Sequence record: MN850624.1
Direction: 5' to 3' (one strand)
DNA: 41,906 nucleotides
DNA from: Escherichia phage usur
In this document: one piece after another, positions 20,424-28,583 of the stretch
Position numbering within the stretch: position 1 is the stretch's first letter
Layout: the number at the start of each line of letters is the position of its first letter
Notes under the pieces: generated by a model
The model's input: the letters and a program-made list of their open reading frames with translations, nothing else
The model's database searches: none
Told to the model about the DNA's origin: nothing
Translations under genes and position numbers: made by a program

Positions 20424-20842
20424 TACGGTTTCTCCAAATCAATGAAGCGGTACTCCTGAACGTAAGGCCGCACCATGTGGGAGTAACCGCACCAACGCAC
20501 ACCCTCGGAACGGGCCACGTCTTTGAGTACACGGAGGATGACACGCATCACTCCACGGTTTCTGTACTGGGGCCAGACGTATGAGGCCATAACGACCACC
20601 ATCTCGCCCACATGAATATCGAATAACCTGCCGATGTGAGCAACAGCCATGAGGCTGCCGTCATCGTCAGTGATGTAAACGTCAACACAGCCATTGGCCG
20701 TAGCATCGTACATGCTGTCAACGATTACATCGGGAGATAGGTTCGACCATGGCCGCTCGGCTTGGATGCCCTCGGCCACTGCACGGCGAATGTCAATCGG
20801 CATTGTCGTGTGTGATGTATTTCCCATAGTAGTAGCTTTCAT
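20423..20842 (-). CDS. GNAT-family N-acetyltransferase (putative)
   Basis: 'VWPQYRNRGVMRVILRVLKDVARSEG' matches GNAT motif A (R-x-x-G-x-G/A followed by a helix). No clear RBS for any of the N-terminal Met codons, so the start is uncertain. Confidence 0.45.
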   Translation of the reverse strand: MKATTMGNTSHTTMPIDIRRAVAEGIQAERPWSNLSPDVIVDSMYDATANGCVDVYITDDDGSLMAVAHIGRLFDIHVGEMVVVMASYVWPQYRNRGVMRVILRVLKDVARSEGVRWCGYSHMVRPYVQEYRFIDLEKP

Positions 20843-20843
20843 T

Positions 20844-21110
20844 TCAAATCACTCTTTCGCGTATGAAATCCAGCACGTCCTGCTTACCAGCTTCTCTGTT
20901 GATGAGAGGAAGGTTAGTGTCTATGGTTACTGTCCGGCCAACCTTCTCCCATGTACCGAAGTGCTTTTCCAGTAGAGCTAACTGAGCTTTAGTGAACGTT
21001 ACTCTATCTAATGGAGATTCTTTACCCATACAATCCTCTCTGAGTGGCAGCACCCCCGCCACTGACGGGGCTACCGGTAGCGTGATATCTATCACTATAG
21101 TAGCTTTCAT
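20844..21110 (-). CDS. hypothetical protein (start uncertain)
   Basis: 88 aa ORF starting MKATIVID. The internal Met at 21029 has a strong RBS (AGAGAGGATTGT-ATG) and lies downstream of the promoter-like element, so the real product may be 61 aa. Confidence 0.4.
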   Translation of the reverse strand: MKATIVIDITLPVAPSVAGVLPLREDCMGKESPLDRVTFTKAQLALLEKHFGTWEKVGRTVTIDTNLPLINREAGKQDVLDFIRERVI

Positions 21111-21139
21111 AAATAGTCAAAGAATACAGTACCTTATTA
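21088..21139 (-). promoter_or_regulatory. conserved element A, candidate phage-RNAP promoter (late)
   Basis: Minus strand reads TAAGGTACTGTATTCTTTGACTATTTATGAAAGCTACTATAGTGATAG; the core CTACTATAG resembles the T7/SP6/K11 promoter core CACTATAG. Starts at the RNAP stop codon; followed by a GC stem-loop (GCCCCGTCAGTGGCGGGG) and a strong RBS. Confidence 0.4.
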
Positions 21140-23569
21140 ACAGAAGAATTTGGTAGATTCTTTGACAAGATTTATGTCCAAGCTGCCCTTAGCTGGAGCC
21201 TCACGATTATACGCTTTGGCAAGCTGTTGAATTGGGTCATGTTGCTCATACATCTGCACGAACTTTTCACGGATGACTTTGTGCAGTAACCCTGCATGAG
21301 CAGCAGCAACACCGAATGAGTCATGGATGGATACCATGTAAACCCCGTTATTCCACATCTCCCACAGCACGCGCATCATGTGGCTGGCGTCCATGGCGTG
21401 TACGAAATTCGGAGCAATCGCAGCCGCACACTTACGTCCGTCAGGCTTATCCAGATACTCCCTCAGTTTAATCTGATGGACACCCATGAGGTGCAGGTGC
21501 ATCGGGGATTCCTTGGACGCTTGGTACAGGTTCGGCACCCGCAAACCGGATGGTGCAATAATCTCCACGTACTCGCCCATGCTCGCAGCTTCCAGCGCGA
21601 TAGCCTGCAACCATGCCATAAGCTCAGCAGCTTTCGGCACAACGCGAGGGATAGCGTTCCACATGAACTCAGCAATGAACTGCGCACACTCCAGCAGGGT
21701 CTTCCCTTCCGGCAGCTTGACGCGGTTCTCACGCAGGTACAGGCAGTAGTAATCCACCATGCCGTGCCGGGTTGCCCCGTACACGTAGGTCATCACTGGC
21801 TTCTTCGCCATCGCCCGAACAATGCCGATGGACACCAGCCAAGCACCCATTGGCGTCGGCGTGACTGCCTCACTTTCTTCAAGAGCCTGCATCGCCGCTG
21901 CTGCCGTCTTAAGATAGATGTCTGCTTTGCGTCCCACGCTATTGATAAGATTGACAGCAGCACCTCCAACCTCATCTCGTAGCATCGCACTGAGGTGCTG
22001 GAGTCCTGAACATGTAGCGTCCCATTGCGTAACCACTCGGCAGGGATAAGTCTCAGGACTTCCTGAGTCGATAGCTCGAATGAGTTCAACAGAAGCAGCC
22101 CACGCTGAGATAGGGCTATCGGCCTCTGACCAGAACGAATCAAATGCCTCTGGAAGACGGCACGCCTCACGTAATCGGGGGAGTGTTTTGTCCGTCCACG
22201 CTGCCCGGTCTTCGAAGTCTGTGGCGTCGTATCCAAAACAATTCGCAACATGTACCTTGAGCCAGAACAGCCCCTCGTTTCCGAGAGCCACTGGTTCAGC
22301 AAGTTCGAGCAGCGCTCGCACCGCGTCGATGGACTGAGGGTTAAGGGTCGAAGAATAATAAATTCGGCCCCGCGTATCGGCGTAAGTCGGGAGATAAATC
22401 CTATCGTACTGGGCATAGCGCTCGGCCTCTTTGACTGCGCCGTTCAGTGCCAGCATCTGCGACGTGAACTTACGCAACTCATTGTAATACAAGCGAGTCT
22501 TCACCTTGTACTCATGAGCTTCCGCATCCATCTGCTGCTGCATTTCCGGTGGGAACTTGCTGATGTACTGGGCGAAGCTGACGCCTGCCGGGATAGTGAA
22601 TGGGAGCTTAGGCTCACGGGGCGGCACAGGCAGCCCCATAATGCCTGTACGGTTCGTTCGCAGGAACTCCAGTACCATTGGGTTAACTCGGTACGGAACG
22701 CTGCTGAGCATCATACACGGCTCTATAACGGGGGTCGGGTCAACGCCCAGCGCACGATACCCTTTGTGGTTCATGCGACTGATAACCCGGTACATTGCTG
22801 ACTGCCCCGGCGAGTGCCACATACCACTGCGACCGTTCGGAGCAATCTGCGCTGGCGGTACAATAAGCGGTGGGCAGCACATGCCATCGGCACGCGGCAT
22901 ATCCAGCCAGTCATTCATTGTGGCCAGCACATCTTCGTGCAGGGCGAAGTGCGCAGTACCGCGCTGACGGTGGTTGCCGCCGACGCGGATAGTGCAGACC
23001 AGACCAGTTGGCTCAACGCACTGCATCATCAGCTTGCCCATGGTGATGAGCGCACGCTGAGGCAGGATATCAATCTCTACCCCAACATTGGCTGCCGACG
23101 CTTTGGCTTTGTTGTAAGCATGGTTCGCTGACTTGGTGCGTGACTTCTTCACGTCAGCCTTAACCTTCTCCATGTACGCCGCGCCGACTGGCCCTGACTT
23201 CTTCGCACGCTGGTACACCACCTCAGCCATGAGCGCCTTACCCATGTCTTTCAGCAGATTCAGTACCGCCTGCTCCGACGCTGCACCGGACACCGCCATG
23301 CTGAGCGCCAGCGACGAACACGCCTTGACGCCCAGCTCACGCATAAATGTCCGGTACTGCGCACCAGCACCACGGGTCGTTTCATTCAGGAGGTCTTGCA
23401 TCGCAGCTTCAACTTGAGGGAAAGCCTCAACCATCATACGTTGGAGCAACGGCACCGACCCTGCCCGGCCAGCGGCCATGGCATCTTTGATATTGTCCAG
23501 CCAGCCCTCGCGGTGTCTGGCTCGCGCTTCTTCTTCAAGTCGAATCTGCTCAGCAAGTAAGTCCATCAT
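21137..23569 (-). CDS. single-subunit DNA-dependent RNA polymerase (T7-like)
   Basis: 810 aa; '[20 protein letters not shown]' (T7 '[20 protein letters not shown]'), '[14 protein letters not shown]' and 'SIHDSFGV' match T7 RNAP catalytic motifs. Confidence 0.92.
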   Translation of the reverse strand: [810 protein letters not shown]

Positions 23570-23805
23570 TACTCCGTTGGTTGGTCATAGCCCGGCTGCA
23601 CTTGGCAGCGCATACCTTGTTCCCGCAGCACTGAGCGTTGCAGTGCTGGGTCAGTCACGCCTGTGCCACCACAGGCTTCGCATTCAGTTTGGACAAGCTC
23701 GTGTCGAATGGTCATGCTGGTGAATGTGCCACAGCCGTGGCACGCCCCGCATACACCTTTCTCGACCACGGTATCCTCAATGGCTCGTTGGTATCTGCTC
23801 ATCAT
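23569..23805 (-). CDS. small zinc-finger protein (DnaJ-type CxxCxGxG repeats)
   Basis: 'CGACHGCG' and 'CEACGGTG' motifs; ATG at 23805 preceded by GGAGAT. The ORF track extends the frame to 23958, but that extension overlaps a better-supported small ORF in another frame. Confidence 0.5.
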   Translation of the reverse strand: MMSRYQRAIEDTVVEKGVCGACHGCGTFTSMTIRHELVQTECEACGGTGVTDPALQRSVLREQGMRCQVQPGYDQPTE

Positions 23806-23810
23806 ATCTC

Positions 23811-23990
23811 CTATGCCAAGTAACAAATGAACCACGTTGGCAGCACAGCCACCAGCAACCATACGATGAAGCCAGCAGCCCCGGCGCGTTGCGGGTAGTG
23901 GATAACGTTGTAGGATTGGCAGGCATTCAAGCAGCGCAGCGTGAAGCATACAAACCATGCCAGAGCAATAACGTAAAGTAAAGCACTCAT
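23811..23990 (-). CDS. small two-helix membrane protein (not in ORF track, 59 aa)
   Basis: Hand translation: MSALLYVIALAWFVCFTLRCLNACQSYNVIHYPQRAGAAGFIVWLLVAVLPTWFICYLA. Its ATG overlaps the stop of the upstream gene (ATGA); two hydrophobic helices. Confidence 0.35.
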   Translation of the reverse strand: MSALLYVIALAWFVCFTLRCLNACQSYNVIHYPQRAGAAGFIVWLLVAVLPTWFICYLA

Positions 23991-24571
23991 TTAGTTTTCC
24001 TTAAAGCCAGTTCGAGAATGAACAGTGCATTGCAAGCGGCGTGCGCCAGATGGTGCAGGCCAGATTCCGGGTCGAGTTCTTCACCCTTACCCACCGCAGT
24101 CAGGTGCCGAAGCAGTGCTGACTTGTATCGTTCCTCACCTTCCGGCACAGTCTGCCATGAGTGAGCCGCGTACTTCTGAGCGCCGAAGGTTAGCACGCTG
24201 GCCACAGCCTCCAGTGCATTCGGGCAGCCGTCGAACAGCAGGGCCATGCGAGGCTTACCTCCGTCATACTTCATGCCGCCCGGCCCACCAGCACCCGCAC
24301 CAACGGCCACCGCCACCTCAACATCGGAGGCCGGGTCATATGGGTCAACTGGGATGAACGAAGTTTGCACTGGCTGTACCTCATACGGCTCCAGTACCAG
24401 CACCTCAGTCTTACCTTCATGCACGCAGGTGTAGTAATCACGGCTGTCATTTGGTACATCGTATGGCTCATCATAAGTCAGGATGACGCCGTTGTCTCGA
24501 AGCTCATTGAGCCGGGGGCTGTGGTAGTCACGGTTGATATCCAGACAGAACTTGTCGCCACGTTTACTCAT
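23987..24571 (-). CDS. hypothetical protein with 'KYDGGKPR' domain (possible dATP/dGTP pyrophosphohydrolase-like N-terminal domain)
   Basis: C-terminal half 'MKYDGGKPRMALLFDGCPNALEAVASVLTFGAQKYAAHSWQ' resembles a phage domain family linked to nucleotide pyrophosphohydrolases (from memory, not searched). Start set at the Met overlapping the upstream stop (ATGAGTAA); ORF-track start is 24625. Confidence 0.35.
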   Translation of the reverse strand: MSKRGDKFCLDINRDYHSPRLNELRDNGVILTYDEPYDVPNDSRDYYTCVHEGKTEVLVLEPYEVQPVQTSFIPVDPYDPASDVEVAVAVGAGAGGPGGMKYDGGKPRMALLFDGCPNALEAVASVLTFGAQKYAAHSWQTVPEGEERYKSALLRHLTAVGKGEELDPESGLHHLAHAACNALFILELALRKTK

Positions 24572-25067
24572 CTTTATCCCCATCGTATTTTGCATTGGCA
24601 TGGACATACTCATGGTTGTCTTCATACCGGGTTACTTCGTACACCGTGATGCCGAGGCTACGCATGAAGTCCACAATATGTGGCAGGTCATCAAAGGCAC
24701 AGACGATGTTCTCAATGCCAATGTCCTCCAGCGCAGCACGCTTCATCTCAGTGTCTTTGCGGCAGTCGCCAATCTCACGCATGATGAGCTTGTCATACAC
24801 CACACCATTGTCATCGAGCCACTGCTCGGTTACTTCACGGGCCACGGCTCCGCGTCCGGTCAGGATGATAATGCGATACGTGAGGGCCAGTGCGTTCACA
24901 ATATCAATCGTGTCCTGAAACGCTGGGTCGTCAGCGCCAGCCAAGTTGAACTCGGCCCACGCTTCGTCGAGATGCCTGCGCTCCGGTGGAGGCAGCAGGT
25001 GCAGACGCCAACGGCCATCAGCCAGCGTGCCGTCAAGGTCTACTACTACGGTGTCTTTCATGTGCAT
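24564..25067 (-). CDS. HAD-superfamily phosphatase (polynucleotide 3'-phosphatase / nucleotidase-like)
   Basis: 'VVVDLDGTLADG' is the HAD motif I (DxDGT). Start chosen at ATG 25067 with RBS GAGGAAG; ORF-track start is 25160. Confidence 0.6.
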   Translation of the reverse strand: MHMKDTVVVDLDGTLADGRWRLHLLPPPERRHLDEAWAEFNLAGADDPAFQDTIDIVNALALTYRIIILTGRGAVAREVTEQWLDDNGVVYDKLIMREIGDCRKDTEMKRAALEDIGIENIVCAFDDLPHIVDFMRSLGITVYEVTRYEDNHEYVHANAKYDGDKDE

Positions 25068-25257
25068 CGTGTGCTTCCTCAAGAGCGAAGATAATATCTT
25101 TGACATATGCCCACGGCACCCACACCTGCTCCCCTTCCTGCGAGATACAGACGGTGCCATCTTTGTACAGCTCGACCTGAGTGTTGGCCTCCCAGTCTAT
25201 CGAGAGGCCGTCATCTTTGAGCTGCACCACATCTTCTTGGTACAGGGTTCTACTCAC
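25033..25257 (-). CDS. hypothetical protein
   Basis: 74 aa ORF; start overlaps the stop of the metallophosphoesterase gene. Confidence 0.4.
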   Translation of the reverse strand: MSRTLYQEDVVQLKDDGLSIDWEANTQVELYKDGTVCISQEGEQVWVPWAYVKDIIFALEEAHDAHERHRSSRP

Positions 25258-26381
25258 TCCAACATCTCCGGGCTAATGGTGAATCGTGCGACCTCACCGT
25301 ACCGGGCATGATAAGTAATCACGCTCGCGCTGCGCTCACTCAGCCAACCACCACGAGAAGCATAGGCATCCTTAGCTGCCAGCGTCTGGTGCTGCTCAAC
25401 AATCATGACAGCAGACTCCAGCACCTTCTTGTGATGCAGGTGGCCAACGTGTGCATACGCATGTTTGGTTCGGCCATACACTTCGCGGAACTTCGCAACC
25501 AGTACAGTCTCCAGTTGCTCAGCCTTACGCTTGTGACCATGGTGGAAGAACAGTGCCGTCTCGCCATGCTCATAGCAGTAGTACGGGTCAGGGCTGCGGT
25601 CAACAGTGACACGCGGCTCGTCGGCGTACAGTACGTGCAGCAGCTCGCGCATCCAAATTGAGCTGGCCATGTCGTGGTTGCCCTCGGCGCACACTACGTG
25701 AACCTGCGGGAACTTCTCCAACAGCATGGAGATGATACGGCGCTGCGCCCGGATAGCCACACGCACCAGCTTCTGGAATCGCGTGTCTGCATCCAGCACA
25801 TGCCCACTCGATGGCGTCACTGCATCCAACCCATCCCAGTGCAGGAAGTCACCGAGCTGTCCGAAGATAGCAACTTGCGCTGGCGGCGCACTGGCAATGG
25901 CTGCCGCGAACCACTTGACCAGCAGGTCTTCGGCAATCTTCATATCCCAGTCATCACCAGTTTCCTCTGACCACGCCAGCATACCGAGGTGGTAGTCAGT
26001 GAGGATGAATAGGTTCAGCAGCTCAGCAGGTGCCGGGCCGCCGCCGTATGGCAGGGCCACTTCCGGGGTAATGGTTTCGCTGATTGCATCCACAGCTTCT
26101 TGCAGCAGGGCCAGCTCCTGCTCCCGGTCGAGTGCAGTCTTCACCCACTGCATGACCACGTTGCCGTCCTTATCGTACAGCGTGGACGTACCCTTCACCG
26201 CATATGGCTCCGGCACTTCCTTGGTCATGTCGTGCTCAGGACTCCAGCCGCTCTTGGCAAGCTGGCGCTTCCGGTAGCGAATAGCACCCGTGGACATGTC
26301 ATGCTTCTCAGCAATCTCAGTGGTGCCAAGACCCTCAGCGATATCTGCCTTGAGCTGTGCGTTACTTAACTTCGTCATCAT
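25254..26381 (-). CDS. calcineurin-like metallophosphoesterase with N-terminal helix-turn-helix domain
   Basis: Metallophosphatase motifs in order: 'ILTDYHLG' (D-x-H), 'QLGDFLHWD' (GD-x-x-D), 'EGNHDM' (GNHD), 'HHGH', 'VGHLHH'. N-terminal 'LGTTEIAEKHDMSTGAIRYRKRQL' looks like an HTH. Confidence 0.65.
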   Translation of the reverse strand: MMTKLSNAQLKADIAEGLGTTEIAEKHDMSTGAIRYRKRQLAKSGWSPEHDMTKEVPEPYAVKGTSTLYDKDGNVVMQWVKTALDREQELALLQEAVDAISETITPEVALPYGGGPAPAELLNLFILTDYHLGMLAWSEETGDDWDMKIAEDLLVKWFAAAIASAPPAQVAIFGQLGDFLHWDGLDAVTPSSGHVLDADTRFQKLVRVAIRAQRRIISMLLEKFPQVHVVCAEGNHDMASSIWMRELLHVLYADEPRVTVDRSPDPYYCYEHGETALFFHHGHKRKAEQLETVLVAKFREVYGRTKHAYAHVGHLHHKKVLESAVMIVEQHQTLAAKDAYASRGGWLSERSASVITYHARYGEVARFTISPEMLE

Positions 26382-26794
26382 TTCCCCTTAGTGATTACGG
26401 CACGCGCTTTAGCTGCTGCTGCCTTTTTACGTCTGTCGGCTGCTGCCGCTTTCTTCTCAGCCTCAGTCTTATGCGTCGGATACATCAGACCTGTGTGCTG
26501 CTTACGTCGCCACTCGATGGCGCTATCCAACCAGTCATCCACTGTGCGCTGGCGCTTCGCTCGGTTGGCAGAGTTCTCCACCTTACCGAGCTGAGCATTA
26601 CACCAGCGGCAGATGACACCGCGAATTTCCCCAGTCACATGGTCGTGGTCAACCACCATGAGCTTGAGGTCAACCATCGGCTCATCACAGAGTGGGCAGT
26701 TGCAACCCATCGCATTCTTCCGAAGCTGCAACAGAGTCGCGCCAGTCACTTTCCGCATACCATTCCTCACCCAGTTTCTTATGCAGCCAGACAC
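26378..26794 (-). CDS. endonuclease VII-like Holliday-junction resolvase
   Basis: 'CNCPLCDE...VVDHDHVTGEIRGVICRWCN' matches the endonuclease VII zinc/HNH-like signature. Start probably an internal Met because the ORF overlaps the exonuclease 3' end. Confidence 0.65.
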   Translation of the reverse strand: MSGCIRNWVRNGMRKVTGATLLQLRKNAMGCNCPLCDEPMVDLKLMVVDHDHVTGEIRGVICRWCNAQLGKVENSANRAKRQRTVDDWLDSAIEWRRKQHTGLMYPTHKTEAEKKAAAADRRKKAAAAKARAVITKGK

Positions 26795-27659
26795 GCAGCT
26801 CCTTGCTCAAGGTCAGCGTGTTCAAGTGGGCTGCGAATGAGTAGGTCGGCGTGCGGTACAGCCACAGCGCCACTGCCTCTGGCCACGGGTTCTGGTCACG
26901 CTGCATGTATTCACGCAGCACCAATTCCGCAACCACTGATTCATCATCAATCTCTTGATAATCAACCAGCATATCGTAGGCAGTCTGCTTCCCAATCTTC
27001 TTCACGCCAGCGATATTGTCGGCGGTATCGCCCATCAACATCTGCGCCCAAAAGAAGATAGGCCCGTGGCCGACCAGCGACTTGTCGCTTTTCGTTTCAT
27101 GCCACCACAGCCTGCCAATACCAACGCACGGCTCCAGCACCTTGTTGTCATACGGGTCAAGGAATCTGCCCGGCCAACAACGCAGGTCTTTATCCGCGCT
27201 GTAGATTACTGCATCGTTAATGCCAATCGTCCACGCATCCATGATTAAGGTATCGTCAGCCTCGAACTCAAAGTTCAGGTGGACGTACCAGTCCTCACCA
27301 TCCGGGACGTTGAACATGTTGCGGCCAATCGCTTTACGCAACGGCTCGACCAGACCGGGCTTGCGGTCTTTGTCTCGGTTGCCTTGGTACAGCTTGGCCC
27401 CACGCAGCTTGTACCGTCCAGCTTTCGTACACTCCGCAGCGGTCAACTCGATACGAACTGACTGAGCATTGGCGAGGAACTTGGCGGTCAGTACCCCGGA
27501 ACAGAACCGTGTCTTCGCCGTCTCGATGTTCTTCGTGGTTGCTGCCGCGACGTAGACTGTCGAGTCAGCATCGCACAGCAAGATACGACCAGACACGTAA
27601 CCATCAAACTGGTCATCGAGTTCCTCTGCATTGTGGAGCAAGCGTTGAAGTCTACTCAT
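26685..27659 (-). CDS. 5'-3' exonuclease (FEN-like, T7 gp6-like)
   Basis: 324 aa; 'GDTADNIAGVKKIGKQTA' matches the H3TH motif of 5'-3' exonucleases; position after the DNA polymerase. Confidence 0.8.
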   Translation of the reverse strand: MSRLQRLLHNAEELDDQFDGYVSGRILLCDADSTVYVAAATTKNIETAKTRFCSGVLTAKFLANAQSVRIELTAAECTKAGRYKLRGAKLYQGNRDKDRKPGLVEPLRKAIGRNMFNVPDGEDWYVHLNFEFEADDTLIMDAWTIGINDAVIYSADKDLRCWPGRFLDPYDNKVLEPCVGIGRLWWHETKSDKSLVGHGPIFFWAQMLMGDTADNIAGVKKIGKQTAYDMLVDYQEIDDESVVAELVLREYMQRDQNPWPEAVALWLYRTPTYSFAAHLNTLTLSKELRVWLHKKLGEEWYAESDWRDSVAASEECDGLQLPTL

Positions 27660-27695
27660 CGTTGTCCTCCGGCCACGTCCCTGTGGCCACCAGTC

Positions 27696-28583
27696 TTACA
27701 GGCTAGGCAAACCGAAGTCAGCGTCGCCAGTCACGTCCGGTTCTTTCTTGCTGTCGGCTTCACCCTTCACCGGAAGCTCAGCGACTTCCTGCTTAACTTC
27801 CTTCACTTCCTCCGGCTGGCCTACATCACCCAGCTCCGGCAGCTCAGCGATGGCAGAGCCAGCGCCAGCACCATTGAGCAGCAGGTCAAGAGGTGAGCCG
27901 GGGAACTCAGGAGACTCAAGCAGCTTGTCCTGAATCCAGTTCTTGGATTTGCCATCGTCGTTCTTGCCGTCGATGTACAGCGATTCCCAGTCTTCCTTGG
28001 TCGGACGGTTCCACAGGAACAGCTTGAACAGCGTCTCGTCTTCGACTTCCGGCACCGGGTACGGCTGGTCAGTTACCGGGTCAACAGCGAGCATGATGTT
28101 CTCAAGGTCGATGTTCGCATACACCTTCTTGTTCTCACCCTCGCCAGATTCATTGTGGGTAATCGGAACGATGAAGGTGTGGTTCAGCAACTGCGCGAAG
28201 TGCTTCGCAGTCTTGTCCGGGTTCATGCGCTTGAACAGTTTGTAAGCGCCGGACTTACTGTTCAGGTCTTTCTTCACAGCGATGAACTGCGTGCGAACTT
28301 TGCCCGGCACCATCTTACCATTGACAACTTCATGGTAAGTCTCGCCGTTCTTGGCCTTGCCCCACAGTGCGAACTGGAGGAAGAACTTATTGACTGGCGG
28401 TTTGTCCGGTGCCTGCTTAGTGGCGTGTGGCCCCACCTCAACGTAGCCAACCAGACGGGCCAGCGCCTTACCTTCCGGCAGGAGCTTACCACCACCAGAC
28501 GTGGCTTCGTTAAAGTCAAGTTCTTCCTCGTCAACATACTGTTCGACGATGGAGTTCATGCGGTTCAATACTGATGCGGTCAT
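27696..28583 (-). CDS. hypothetical protein with acidic C-terminal tail; possible ssDNA-binding/replisome protein
   Basis: 295 aa between polymerase and exonuclease; C-terminus 'EEVKEVKQEVAELPVKGEADSKKEPDVTGDADFGLPSL' is acidic with a penultimate aromatic residue, reminiscent of SSB-type tails. Confidence 0.4.
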   Translation of the reverse strand: MTASVLNRMNSIVEQYVDEEELDFNEATSGGGKLLPEGKALARLVGYVEVGPHATKQAPDKPPVNKFFLQFALWGKAKNGETYHEVVNGKMVPGKVRTQFIAVKKDLNSKSGAYKLFKRMNPDKTAKHFAQLLNHTFIVPITHNESGEGENKKVYANIDLENIMLAVDPVTDQPYPVPEVEDETLFKLFLWNRPTKEDWESLYIDGKNDDGKSKNWIQDKLLESPEFPGSPLDLLLNGAGAGSAIAELPELGDVGQPEEVKEVKQEVAELPVKGEADSKKEPDVTGDADFGLPSL

